Positions 20,280 through 29,092 of a stretch of DNA of 64,000 nucleotides are shown one piece after another. The notes under the pieces are model-generated. The model saw only the letters and a program-made list of their open reading frames with translations. It was not told where the DNA came from and did no database searches. Location: assembly GCA_965222615.1 (NCBI GenBank), contig CBDCUI010000007.1:672001-736000 (forward strand). The letters are read 5' to 3'. Position 1 is the stretch's first letter. Every line of letters begins with the position of its first letter. Source of the stretch: Gammaproteobacteria bacterium. Its GTDB lineage: Bacteria; Pseudomonadota; Gammaproteobacteria; UBA4575. Both the position numbers and the translations under genes were made by a program.

Positions 20280-23200
20280 TTATTCGTAAAGGAATTCATA
20301 CGTACCTATGAAATAGGTAAGCATGATCATCCAAGAGCGTTTCATAAAGTTGTTATCGGTAACAGAACTACAAGGTGCAGAAGTATTATCCGACTGTGCC
20401 GCATTGCGTACTTGTTGCAACAAGTTAAAAGTACGGTCTATCTCAGTATCATTAACTGATAGATTTTTACCTAGAAATCGCGCATGTAGATGCACCAAGT
20501 TTTGACGTATCGCAGCTTCTGCATTCGCAGGTGTGTCATTAGGTGAAACACTTGGGAAGAGTAAACGTTGACCTGCATTGCGATTAAAATCATCTCTTAC
20601 CACTTCACAGGAAAGTTCCGCTCCCATGCGGTCAATCATTGCAGCCATCAAGCTACTGATTTGTGTGTTACGAGTATTTTCCCTAGTTTCAATTCTGGCA
20701 TCAAAATTGCCATACATGAGGTAGTAATTGTTATCACCTATCAACCTGGTCCAGGTTTTGCCAAGCAGCGCCGTTAATTTACGGTCCAATTGCTCAGGAG
20801 TAAGTACGCGACTCGTACCTAAGTCAGCAAGCTCGGCACGGCCTGCATTGGCTAGATCCACTGAGCCCGAACGGAACCATGGGCTGAGAACTAGCTCAGC
20901 AAGTAAATGCTTAAGGTTGTGATTATTATTTCTAAATATTTGCCCGGCCTGATTAAATACCACGGTCTGCGCGTCGTATGCAGCCTGTTGTACGGGATCT
21001 GGCTCAACCGGTGCGGCAAGTGGTTTACGACCAAACAAACCTTGGTACCAGAATTTAGCCGTACCGGAATCAAAGCGGGTATCGGCGGTCATGCGTTCGC
21101 CTAACCAGCGCAAAGAGGTGTTATTTCTAGAAGTCGGTAAACCAGTGCCGGAAAATGGATAACCTGGAGCAACCATATCTCGATACCAGATGTCTCCACT
21201 TTGATAATACTTAACTCCATTTTCATCGCGAGCATTGCTGGCGTAGTAGTAACTAATGTTGGTAAAGGTCCCGCCAATGTTTCTTCGACGATAACTACCG
21301 CCACTGTTATACCAATTTTGAAATGCTCCGGCGATGGGGTCTACGGTGTTGTGGCACACTGTACAATTAGGGTTATTTAATGTCGGATTGAGCTCATTTT
21401 TTACTGAATCCACATCGATTGCACGTGTTGCCAAGGCCTCTAGATCTACCCCTAAGAAAAGGTCAGAAGTTACGCGCGCGCGCATGCGATTGCGGTTGGT
21501 ATCTGTAGATGGCCATTTGATTAAGAAACTGGGCTGGGTCAACAATCCTGCATGCGGATAGGCACCACTCATACGACCATTCATGTTTATACCTGTGCGT
21601 GCTCGAACAAATGTCTTTGCATCTGCACCATTTGGCATAGGATCTAAAAGAGTTGCTTGATACAAGTACGCACTTTCTGGATTGACCATAGTGTAATCTG
21701 CAGTAATGACTTCAGAATAAGGCCTGTCGTTACGTACGATATGCTTTACCAACTCCAGTGGTTCATATCTAAGGGCGTCTCTTAGAACATTGCGTCGTTG
21801 AGTATCCGCTTCAATTTCTGCCAAGCGTGGGTAGTCGTCGTCCCGCAAGTTACCGATAAAGTATGCCCCAGTGACTAACAACTTATCATTCACGGTCTCA
21901 CTTACGAACTTTTCAAATTCAGGCCCATTCATCATATTGATTAAAGCCTGTCTCATTTGCGCGCGATCACCTGCAGTATTTAATTCTGCTGAGGTAGGTA
22001 GACGTCCTGCAAGCATTATGGCGGCTTTACGCATCACGTCTTGGTCAGACATCGCATTTACGCCAGTGTAAAATGCCGAGTTATCTACTGGCTCAGTTTG
22101 ATCACCGTTTTCTTTAATAATGTCGCGGAACATATAAGCTGCAATATCCTTGCCGCATTGAACATCACATACACCTGGCACAGGCATTTGCGCAGTAAGA
22201 TAAGTAGCTAACGTAGCCTCATCTGCACAACGGTTTGCTTCACAGGGTTTAACGTTAATATCGCGTGGCGCAATTACTGCAACACCGTCTGCTCCATGAC
22301 AACCCGCACATGAAATTGCGTAATTCGAACCAGGAATGGCATTGTTATATAAGAACATGCCACGGTCTGGGTTCGGTGTGGTATCGATATTTACATTTAC
22401 GGAAACCGATTTACTTATATCGATGCCGTTAATGGCCTGACAATTTAACGTAAAGCTAGTAGATGCCTGTAGGTTATTAATGCTTACGCCATTAGCGTTA
22501 GATACCGCCTTGGTACCCGTCCATGCTGGGTTCGCGGGGTTCGCACTGGCAGTACAAGTACTTATATCTTTAGATTGCCAAGATAAGGTCGTCGCCATGC
22601 CCTGATCAATCGAAGTCGGTGATGCTGTAAAAGTTAAATCCGGCATAGCAGGGACAACTGTGACGGCAACGGTTGAGCTGGAAGAACCGCCTTTACCGGT
22701 ACAAGCCAGCGTGAAGCTCGTGTCTTGAATCAAGTTGGTAATGCTGACACCGTTTTGGTTATTCACTGCACGGTTACCAGACCATCCACCACTAGCTTGA
22801 CAACTATCTGCATCCGTAGAAGTCCAGGTTAAAACTGTATTACCGTTATATGGAATATTGGCCATTGGGTTTGCACTTAGGCTTACAGTAGGTGCATTAG
22901 GTTTTGCCGCTACAGTGACGGCAACAGACTTTACTTGTGAATTAATATTGCCGATAAAGCAGGTCAACATAAATGTGTTGGTGCCTGAATCAACCAGGTT
23001 GCTTAATGTTTTCGAACCCGAAGCCGTAACATCACCTTGCCACTGTCCTGCAGCCATTGCACCTGAGGCCACACATTTTTCAGCATTAGAAGTCCAAGAA
23101 AGTGCAGTCGAACCACCGTATTCCACTGAAGTTGGAGTAGCCGTGAATTGACTAATAACAGGCTGCACGTCGTCATCCATGTTAATTACTGTAACATCCG

Positions 23201-25112
23201 ATGCATTTAGCCCTTGGTATTCGTTGTCAGCACTCATTGCTGGATCGGTCACAATCATATAGCTAATCGGACCATCGACCAGGTCATCGTTTTGTCCGGT
23301 TATGGTGACAGATTGCGGAGTGTTCCAATTATCGACCGTGAAATTAACCGAGTTAGGATTAACCGTTCCCTCGCTTGTATCACTACTGCGTAAACCAATG
23401 GTGACATTTGCAGTAGGTTTTGCACCTAAAACAACCGTGAAACTTGCAGTTTGCCCAGCCTCGCTCGTGTTTAGGCCAGAGCTTGGGTTTACATTAATTG
23501 TTCTAGGAGTTGCTGGCACAACACTCACTTCTATAGATTTACTTACATCAACACCATTAATGCCTTTACAAGCCAAGGTAAAGGTGGTTGTAGCTTGTAG
23601 ATTAGAAATTTTTTCACCACCAGCATTTGAAACGGCTTTGGCACCCGTCCAAGCAGAATTTGCTGGGTTTGCGCTGGCAGAGCAAGAACTAATATCTTTA
23701 GATTGCCACGACAAGGTCGTTGCCATGCCCTGTTCCACTGAAGTCGGCGCAGCAGTAAAGGTCAATTCTGGTTTTGCGGATACCACGGTAACGGTAACCG
23801 TAGAAGAAGAACTACCACCTTTACCGCTACAAGTCAGCGTGAAGCTTGTATCTTTAATAAGTTGAGTGATGCGTACACCGTTTTGGTTATTTACTGCACG
23901 GTTACCCAACCATCCACCGCTGGCTTCACAGCTATCCGCATTCGTAGAAGTCCAGGTTAAAACGGTAGCGCCGTTATATTCAATATTAGCCATTGGATCG
24001 GCTTTTAGGCTCACGGTAGGTGCGTTGGGTTTCGCTGCTACCGTAACCGCTACTGATTTTACTTCCGAATTAATATTGCCGATTGAACAGCTCAGCATAA
24101 AGTTGTTTACGCCTGCACTGATGAGATTGTTAAGTACTTTTGAACCCGAAGCCGCGATGACGCCCTGCCATTGGCCATCCGCTGTAGATCCAGAGGCTAG
24201 ACATTTTTCTGCATTTGACATCCATGAAAGTGTCGCACTAGCACCATATTCAACAGCAGTTGGATTGGCGCTGAATTGATTGATAATCGGTTGCACGTCG
24301 TTATCGGTATTCACTACTGCAACATCTGATGCCTCTAAATTTTGATAACTTGCATCCTGGCTGACTGCCGCATCGGTGATGATCATATAGTTGATTGGAC
24401 CATCTATGACCGCGTCATCTTGACCAATTACCGTGACGGTTTGTGGGGTGTCCCAATTGTCGATGGTGAAATTAACCGCATTCGGACTGACCGTTCCCTC
24501 GGTCGTGTCACTACTGCGTAAACCAATGCTGACGTCTGCAGTCGGTTTTGAAGCTAAAACCACCGTGAAACTTGCAGTTTGACCAGCTTCACTAGTACTT
24601 AATCCTGAAGTTGGGTTTACATTGATAGCACCAGGTGTAGCTACATCATTGTCGGTATTCGTTGCACTTACATCGCTAGCATCCAACCCATTGTAATTAA
24701 TATCCATGCTTATGGCTGCGGCGGTAACAATGGTATAAGCAACATTGCCATCGATCGCGCCATCGTCTATTCCAGTAACCGTAACGGTTTGCGCTTGACT
24801 CCAATTGGTACTATCAAAACTTAAAGAAGTAGGTGACACCATGCCTTCACTGCTGTCACTACTGCTTAAGGTTATAGAAACTTCTTCACTTGGTTGTGTC
24901 ACCAGCACCACACTAAATGCAGCCATGTCTCCGTTTTCTGACGTGACCAGTCCAGTAGAAGGAGTTACTTGAATTTCCGGTGTACTAGGAATGGGATTAA
25001 CAACTTCATCATCGTCATTGCTGTCACCATCAAATAACGAGTCCCCACCGCATGCAGTTAAAAAAACTGTAGATAGTAATAAAAGACCAAACCAACGTAC
25101 CAAACAACTCAT
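20280..25112 (-). CDS. Large lipoprotein: Calx-beta-like and Ig-like repeats, cytochrome c domain, C-terminal DUF1592/DUF1588-like region
   Basis: Lipobox LTAC; three TSE.G..A.F.VVL...DND domains; six Cys-paired Ig-like repeats; CAGCH (22296-22310) and CTVCH (21351-21365); HAGLLTQ, NRNRMRAR, DPIAGAFQNW. Confidence 0.8.
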   Translation of the reverse strand: MSCLVRWFGLLLLSTVFLTACGGDSLFDGDSNDDDEVVNPIPSTPEIQVTPSTGLVTSENGDMAAFSVVLVTQPSEEVSITLSSSDSSEGMVSPTSLSFDSTNWSQAQTVTVTGIDDGAIDGNVAYTIVTAAAISMDINYNGLDASDVSATNTDNDVATPGAINVNPTSGLSTSEAGQTASFTVVLASKPTADVSIGLRSSDTTEGTVSPNAVNFTIDNWDTPQTVTVIGQDDAVIDGPINYMIITDAAVSQDASYQNLEASDVAVVNTDNDVQPIINQFSANPTAVEYGASATLSWMSNAEKCLASGSTADGQWQGVIAASGSKVLNNLISAGVNNFMLSCSIGNINSEVKSVAVTVAAKPNAPTVSLKADPMANIEYNGATVLTWTSTNADSCEASGGWLGNRAVNNQNGVRITQLIKDTSFTLTCSGKGGSSSSTVTVTVVSAKPELTFTAAPTSVEQGMATTLSWQSKDISSCSASANPANSAWTGAKAVSNAGGEKISNLQATTTFTLACKGINGVDVSKSIEVSVVPATPRTINVNPSSGLNTSEAGQTASFTVVLGAKPTANVTIGLRSSDTSEGTVNPNSVNFTVDNWNTPQSVTITGQNDDLVDGPISYMIVTDPAMSADNEYQGLNASDVTVINMDDDVQPVISQFTATPTSVEYGGSTALSWTSNAEKCVASGAMAAGQWQGDVTASGSKTLSNLVDSGTNTFMLTCFIGNINSQVKSVAVTVAAKPNAPTVSLSANPMANIPYNGNTVLTWTSTDADSCQASGGWSGNRAVNNQNGVSITNLIQDTSFTLACTGKGGSSSSTVAVTVVPAMPDLTFTASPTSIDQGMATTLSWQSKDISTCTASANPANPAWTGTKAVSNANGVSINNLQASTSFTLNCQAINGIDISKSVSVNVNIDTTPNPDRGMFLYNNAIPGSNYAISCAGCHGADGVAVIAPRDINVKPCEANRCADEATLATYLTAQMPVPGVCDVQCGKDIAAYMFRDIIKENGDQTEPVDNSAFYTGVNAMSDQDVMRKAAIMLAGRLPTSAELNTAGDRAQMRQALINMMNGPEFEKFVSETVNDKLLVTGAYFIGNLRDDDYPRLAEIEADTQRRNVLRDALRYEPLELVKHIVRNDRPYSEVITADYTMVNPESAYLYQATLLDPMPNGADAKTFVRARTGINMNGRMSGAYPHAGLLTQPSFLIKWPSTDTNRNRMRARVTSDLFLGVDLEALATRAIDVDSVKNELNPTLNNPNCTVCHNTVDPIAGAFQNWYNSGGSYRRRNIGGTFTNISYYYASNARDENGVKYYQSGDIWYRDMVAPGYPFSGTGLPTSRNNTSLRWLGERMTADTRFDSGTAKFWYQGLFGRKPLAAPVEPDPVQQAAYDAQTVVFNQAGQIFRNNNHNLKHLLAELVLSPWFRSGSVDLANAGRAELADLGTSRVLTPEQLDRKLTALLGKTWTRLIGDNNYYLMYGNFDARIETRENTRNTQISSLMAAMIDRMGAELSCEVVRDDFNRNAGQRLLFPSVSPNDTPANAEAAIRQNLVHLHARFLGKNLSVNDTEIDRTFNLLQQVRNAAQSDNTSAPCSSVTDNNFMKRSWMIMLTYFIGTYEFLYE
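22372..24625. repeat. Internal tandem duplication with 1128-bp period (376 aa: one Calx-beta-like plus three Ig-like domains)
   Basis: Matching anchors offset by exactly 1128 bp (accgtgaaacttgcagtttg at 23434/24562; gg.tgcacgtcgt at 23161/24289). Boundaries approximate. Confidence 0.85.
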
Positions 25113-25299
25113 AGGTCACAACTCCATTTGCACGTGAATGCTTGCTCAACTCCTTTAGAGCCTATTCACATTATTTATTCCATGAAAAATATTTTGCTAA
25201 GTACAAGCCAAATAGTTTTTTCTCACACAATATTGCTGTGATTAAACATGAGTTAAACCACAGCTTTTGAATCCAACATAACGAACTTTGAATTAATCA

Positions 25300-25800
25300 A
25301 ATAATTTGTGAGCCTGCTACAAGATAAAAGGTCTTATTGAATGGACAAAAGGTATAAATATTTTCAAATTTTTGTAATGTGAAGGCTCGCACAAAATGAA
25401 ATATATTCAATGTAATTAGTGAGTTATAAGAAACTGTGTAAATCGACACAGTTGTATTTTTAAGTTTGAAAAATGTATGCGTAAAGAAATGATTGGACGA
25501 TTTTTACTGGAAAAGAACAAAGTGCTAAGAGCACTATTTAGCAACGATAATCAGTAGGCAATTCCTGATGAAAGGAACACTGAAACATGGTCGAACTAGT
25601 ATAGTTTGATTTGCGAGCCTAAACATTGAAATTAAATTCATATCACAACGAGCCTTTTAAATCCTAGGCACATAAGTAGATACATCTATTTGTTTAGTCA
25701 GAAATTTAAACCCATTCAGTGCGTTATTAGGCCAATTTTTTTTAATAATACAGAATAATTTGTTCATACCAAGCAAGTGTGTGCGGCAACTCACACTAAA
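25300..25800. promoter_or_regulatory. Cluster of CRP-like boxes in the divergent promoter region
   Basis: TGTGA-gcctgc-TACAA (25307), TGTGA-aggctc-GCACA (25378), TGTGT-aaatcg-ACACA (25435), TGTGC-ggcaac-TCACA (25780). Confidence 0.5.
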
Positions 25801-25878
25801 GAAATATAGATAAAACGAAGAGTGAGAAATTCGATCAAACAGGTTGGTAATTATTTATTAAATTTAAGAGGTAAAGGT

Positions 25879-26379
25879 ATGAAATCACGTCTACTTAGCA
25901 AACTGATACTAATAATGTTGGTGGTTTTACCATTTGGCGTTTCTGCAATTTCAGTAGGTGACACCGTTCCATCATTTAAAGCAAGGACAATCGATGGAAG
26001 TAAAACCGTGGCACTTGAAGATTATAGGGGCAAAGTTGTGCTAGTAGATTTTTGGGCTTCTTGGTGCCCTCCCTGCCTCAAGTCGTTACCTAAATATAAT
26101 CAGTTACGCAGAGAAATTGGTACAGCTGATTTTGAAATCGTGGCAATTAACGTTGATGAAAACACCGACGAGGCTAGGAAATTCTTACAAAAACATCCAG
26201 TAAGTTATCCTGTTGCTAAAGATCCGAAAGGTATTTTACCTGGTGTGTTTGGAGTTAAGGCCATGCCTACTTCGTATTTAATCGACAAAAACGGTGTTGT
26301 GAAATACGTACATGCTGCGTTTAAAGATGGCGATATCGAAAAAATTAAGCACGAAATTGAAAAGTTAATCGCTAACTAA
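25879..26379 (+). CDS. TlpA-family thiol:disulfide oxidoreductase
   Basis: GKVVLVDFWASWCPPC, cis-Pro motif AMPTSYLID; signal peptide from ATG 25879 (RBS gaggt). Confidence 0.92.
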   Translation: MKSRLLSKLILIMLVVLPFGVSAISVGDTVPSFKARTIDGSKTVALEDYRGKVVLVDFWASWCPPCLKSLPKYNQLRREIGTADFEIVAINVDENTDEARKFLQKHPVSYPVAKDPKGILPGVFGVKAMPTSYLIDKNGVVKYVHAAFKDGDIEKIKHEIEKLIAN

Positions 26380-26392
26380 ATCTGATCGCACA

Positions 26393-26608
26393 GTGAAAAA
26401 CATAAGTACTTTAATACTACTACTAAGTGTTTTTCTACTTAGTGCCTGCACATCGGTAAGCCCTTGGGAGCGTGGCATTCTTGCTAAGCCAGAAATGGCG
26501 TGGGAACCAGATGTATTACAGGGAAAGTTACAAGAACATGTCTACTTCAGCAAAGAAGGCTCTAATGGGGGATATGGCGCCGGAGGCGGTGGTTGCGGTT
26601 GTAATTAA
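26393..26608 (+). CDS. DUF4266-family small lipoprotein
   Basis: Lipobox LSAC, VSPWERGILA, C-terminal SKEGSNGGYGAGGGGCGCN. Confidence 0.9.
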   Translation: MKNISTLILLLSVFLLSACTSVSPWERGILAKPEMAWEPDVLQGKLQEHVYFSKEGSNGGYGAGGGGCGCN

Positions 26609-26651
26609 ACATACTTAGATCAAATTTAAAAAGAAGTTAGAGAACTTAAAA

Positions 26652-27863
26652 ATGGGAAAAAAACAAGGCGGCCCTAGCCCCACTTTGGCCGCATTAACTT
26701 CTGCCGCTATGGCGCTTCCGGGGATTAGTTCATCTGTGAAAGCAGGCGTCGTTGCCAATCAACCTAAGCTGTCGTTGCAATATACGCGTTATGATGAAGA
26801 CAGTATTCCAAGTGGAGATGCCGATGTCGTGGTGGGGGATCGTGATCGTTACGACATCGATGTTGCGCTAATAGAGTTTTTATATCCCATCAATGCACAG
26901 TGGCAGATCACCGGTGGGTTCGCCTATGATGATATGAGTGGTTCTTCACCTTGGTATGTAAGACCGACGGATACTGCAAATGCAACAGGAGATCCATTGG
27001 TTGTGATGAGTGGTGCGACTATCGATGATACGCGTTACGATTTCAGCCTCAAAGCGGACTACTTTGGCGAAAAATTTACCGTCTCACCAAGTGTCGGGTA
27101 TTCAACCGAAAAAGATTATGAAGCCATTAGTGGTGGTGTCGAGGTGGAATATGAATTTCCCAACAAGGCCACTTCCATACGTGGAGGAGTATCGGTTTCG
27201 TTTGATGAAATCGATCCTACCCAACTTACTGGGCAAACCAGAATCAGTAGCGACGATAAAGAAAATTACGCAATTTTTGGTGGCCTGACACAGGTCATCA
27301 ACAAATACACCGTCATACAGACGACATTGGGAGTATCAGTTTTTGATGGGTTTTTATCTGACCCGTATAAGCAGGTATGGGTAGCCGGTAGTGTATTACC
27401 GGATAGTCGACCGGGTGATCGGACGCAATATACCTGGGCAACTCGCTTACGCCGCTATTCAGAATTATTGGGTGCAGCACTGCATGTAGATTATCGTTTT
27501 TATTACGATGATTGGGATGTGCGATCGCATACCTTGGATCTAGGTATACATAAAGTTACCGACAGTGGTTGGGCCTTCGATTCTTCCATTCGTTACTACT
27601 CTCAGACACAGGCCGATTTCTATGAACCATTTTATCGACAAACGCGTGCCGATGGAGAATATTCCAGTGATTATCGATTATCGCCATACGGCTCAATTGC
27701 ATTTCGATTAGGCTTGTCTGAGACCATCGATAATTGGACTGTAAAAATTGCTGCCGAACGTTACGTCAGTGACAAATCTTACTCAGTGCAAAAAGTCGAT
27801 GTTGAAAATCCTGCCTTATTGGACTACACCTTATTTTCATTTGGTGTTGACTATAGCTTTTAA
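26652..27863 (+). CDS. DUF3570-family predicted outer-membrane beta-barrel
   Basis: LAALTSAAMALPG signal, DDMSGSSP and VMSGAT motifs, GFLSDPYK, YRFYYDDW, RYYSQTQADFY, SSDYRLS, C-terminal Phe; typical position between DUF4266 and apbE. Confidence 0.85.
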   Translation: MGKKQGGPSPTLAALTSAAMALPGISSSVKAGVVANQPKLSLQYTRYDEDSIPSGDADVVVGDRDRYDIDVALIEFLYPINAQWQITGGFAYDDMSGSSPWYVRPTDTANATGDPLVVMSGATIDDTRYDFSLKADYFGEKFTVSPSVGYSTEKDYEAISGGVEVEYEFPNKATSIRGGVSVSFDEIDPTQLTGQTRISSDDKENYAIFGGLTQVINKYTVIQTTLGVSVFDGFLSDPYKQVWVAGSVLPDSRPGDRTQYTWATRLRRYSELLGAALHVDYRFYYDDWDVRSHTLDLGIHKVTDSGWAFDSSIRYYSQTQADFYEPFYRQTRADGEYSSDYRLSPYGSIAFRLGLSETIDNWTVKIAAERYVSDKSYSVQKVDVENPALLDYTLFSFGVDYSF

Positions 27864-27923
27864 CATCCTGTTCTGGATAAAAATTTAGTACACTAAGTTT
27901 TTCGTTTAAACGGGTTTTCTTGT

Positions 27924-28856
27924 TTGCAACTGTTTAGCTTTCCTTTTAAAGCAATGGGTTCGCCCTGTGAGCTAAAACTCTATGCCGGTCATAAAGACAC
28001 AGCAGACCAAATTGCGGCACAGACTATTGCCGAGATTGATCGCTTAGAAAAAAAATATTCTCGTTATCGCGATGATAGTGTCACCAGCGCCATTAACCAA
28101 AGTGCAGGTGATAAGGATGGTGTCGTCGTTGATAAAGAGACTGCACGCTTACTCGATTATGCACAAGTAGGGTATGAACAAAGTGATGGCTTATTTGATA
28201 TCACGTCGGGAATTTTGCGCAGGGTATGGAATTTTCGATCTAATGAACTTCCTATGCAAGCAGATATTGAATCGATTTTACCTCTAATCGGTTGGAATAA
28301 AATTAGCTGGGATTCGCCTCGAATTTGTTTACCACAACAAGGTATGGAATTAGATTTTGGCGGTTATGTAAAAGAATATGCTGCTGATGTTGCGGCTAAT
28401 ACCTGCCAACATGCTGGAATTACTAATGGCCTGGTCAATTTGGGTGGTGATATTTGTGTTATCGGCCCACATCCAAATGGCAACGCTTGGAAAGTAGGTG
28501 TGCGACATCCGCGCAAGCCGAATGAACCTATGTCTTTTGTATTTTTAACTAGTGGCGGCCTGGCTAGCAGTGGTGATTATGAACGCTATATGGTCGTCAA
28601 CGGTGTCCGTTATGCCCATATTCTAAATCCAAAAACCGGCTGGCCGGTTAAGAGTCTTGCCAGTACCAGTGTTTATGCACCGCAATGTGTGGTTGCCGGC
28701 ACTTCATCAACGATCGCCATGTTGAAGGGTGATATTGATGGTGTACAGTGGTTGGAAGAGCTAGGCTTACCTTACATCTGTATGAATCAGGACGAGGAAA
28801 TCTTTGGTACACTCAAACGAGTCGAAAATTTAAATGCCATTTCCAGTTTCACATGA
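27924..28856 (+). CDS. apbE: FAD:protein FMN transferase
   Basis: AMGS, GLFDIT, LDFGGYVKEYAAD, NLGGD, ASSGDYER, HILNPKTGWP. Confidence 0.93.
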   Translation: MQLFSFPFKAMGSPCELKLYAGHKDTADQIAAQTIAEIDRLEKKYSRYRDDSVTSAINQSAGDKDGVVVDKETARLLDYAQVGYEQSDGLFDITSGILRRVWNFRSNELPMQADIESILPLIGWNKISWDSPRICLPQQGMELDFGGYVKEYAADVAANTCQHAGITNGLVNLGGDICVIGPHPNGNAWKVGVRHPRKPNEPMSFVFLTSGGLASSGDYERYMVVNGVRYAHILNPKTGWPVKSLASTSVYAPQCVVAGTSSTIAMLKGDIDGVQWLEELGLPYICMNQDEEIFGTLKRVENLNAISSFT

Positions 28857-28903
28857 ACAAGCCAAGTCGAAACGTCTAGCCCATTACTAAGAAAATGCCT
28901 GTA

Positions 28904-28927
28904 AATTTGTGATTTGAATCACAATTT
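28904..28927. promoter_or_regulatory. CRP-type binding box
   Basis: aattTGTGAtttgaaTCACAattt, a perfect TGTGA-N6-TCACA (28908-28923) in non-coding DNA after apbE. Confidence 0.7.
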
Positions 28928-29014
28928 CGTGATAAATCGTTAAATAAATCATACAAATACAGTCAGTTATTGAAACAAATCTACCACTGGCGATAAAAAA
29001 AGGGTACTATTTCG

Positions 29015-29086
29015 TTGCCACATTGTTCCAACTCCAGTGGCAAACTATGAAAGCCTTGTGGAAGGATCCATGGGGCTTTCTTTATT
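29015..29086 (+). ncRNA. Candidate trans-acting small RNA with anti-Shine-Dalgarno loop
   Basis: -10-like TACTAT (29005-29010); hairpin ttgccac/gtggcaa with 15-nt loop attgttccaactcca; terminator stem 29049-29080 containing three G:U pairs (favours + strand) followed by tttatt. Confidence 0.55.
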
Positions 29087-29092
29087 ACGTTT

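Noticed and set aside
22858-24279. Long + strand ORFs opposite the large lipoprotein, and similar shadow ORFs opposite rpoD, pilQ, aceE and the porin
   Set aside because: Antisense frames kept open by the codon bias of the real genes; no independent evidence.
28968-29024. Minus-strand 18-aa ORF MWQRNSTLFLSPVVDLFQ with a GGAG RBS
   Set aside because: It is the antisense image of the sRNA seed; the G:U pairs of the terminator and the promoter layout favour a + strand RNA. Not fully excluded.
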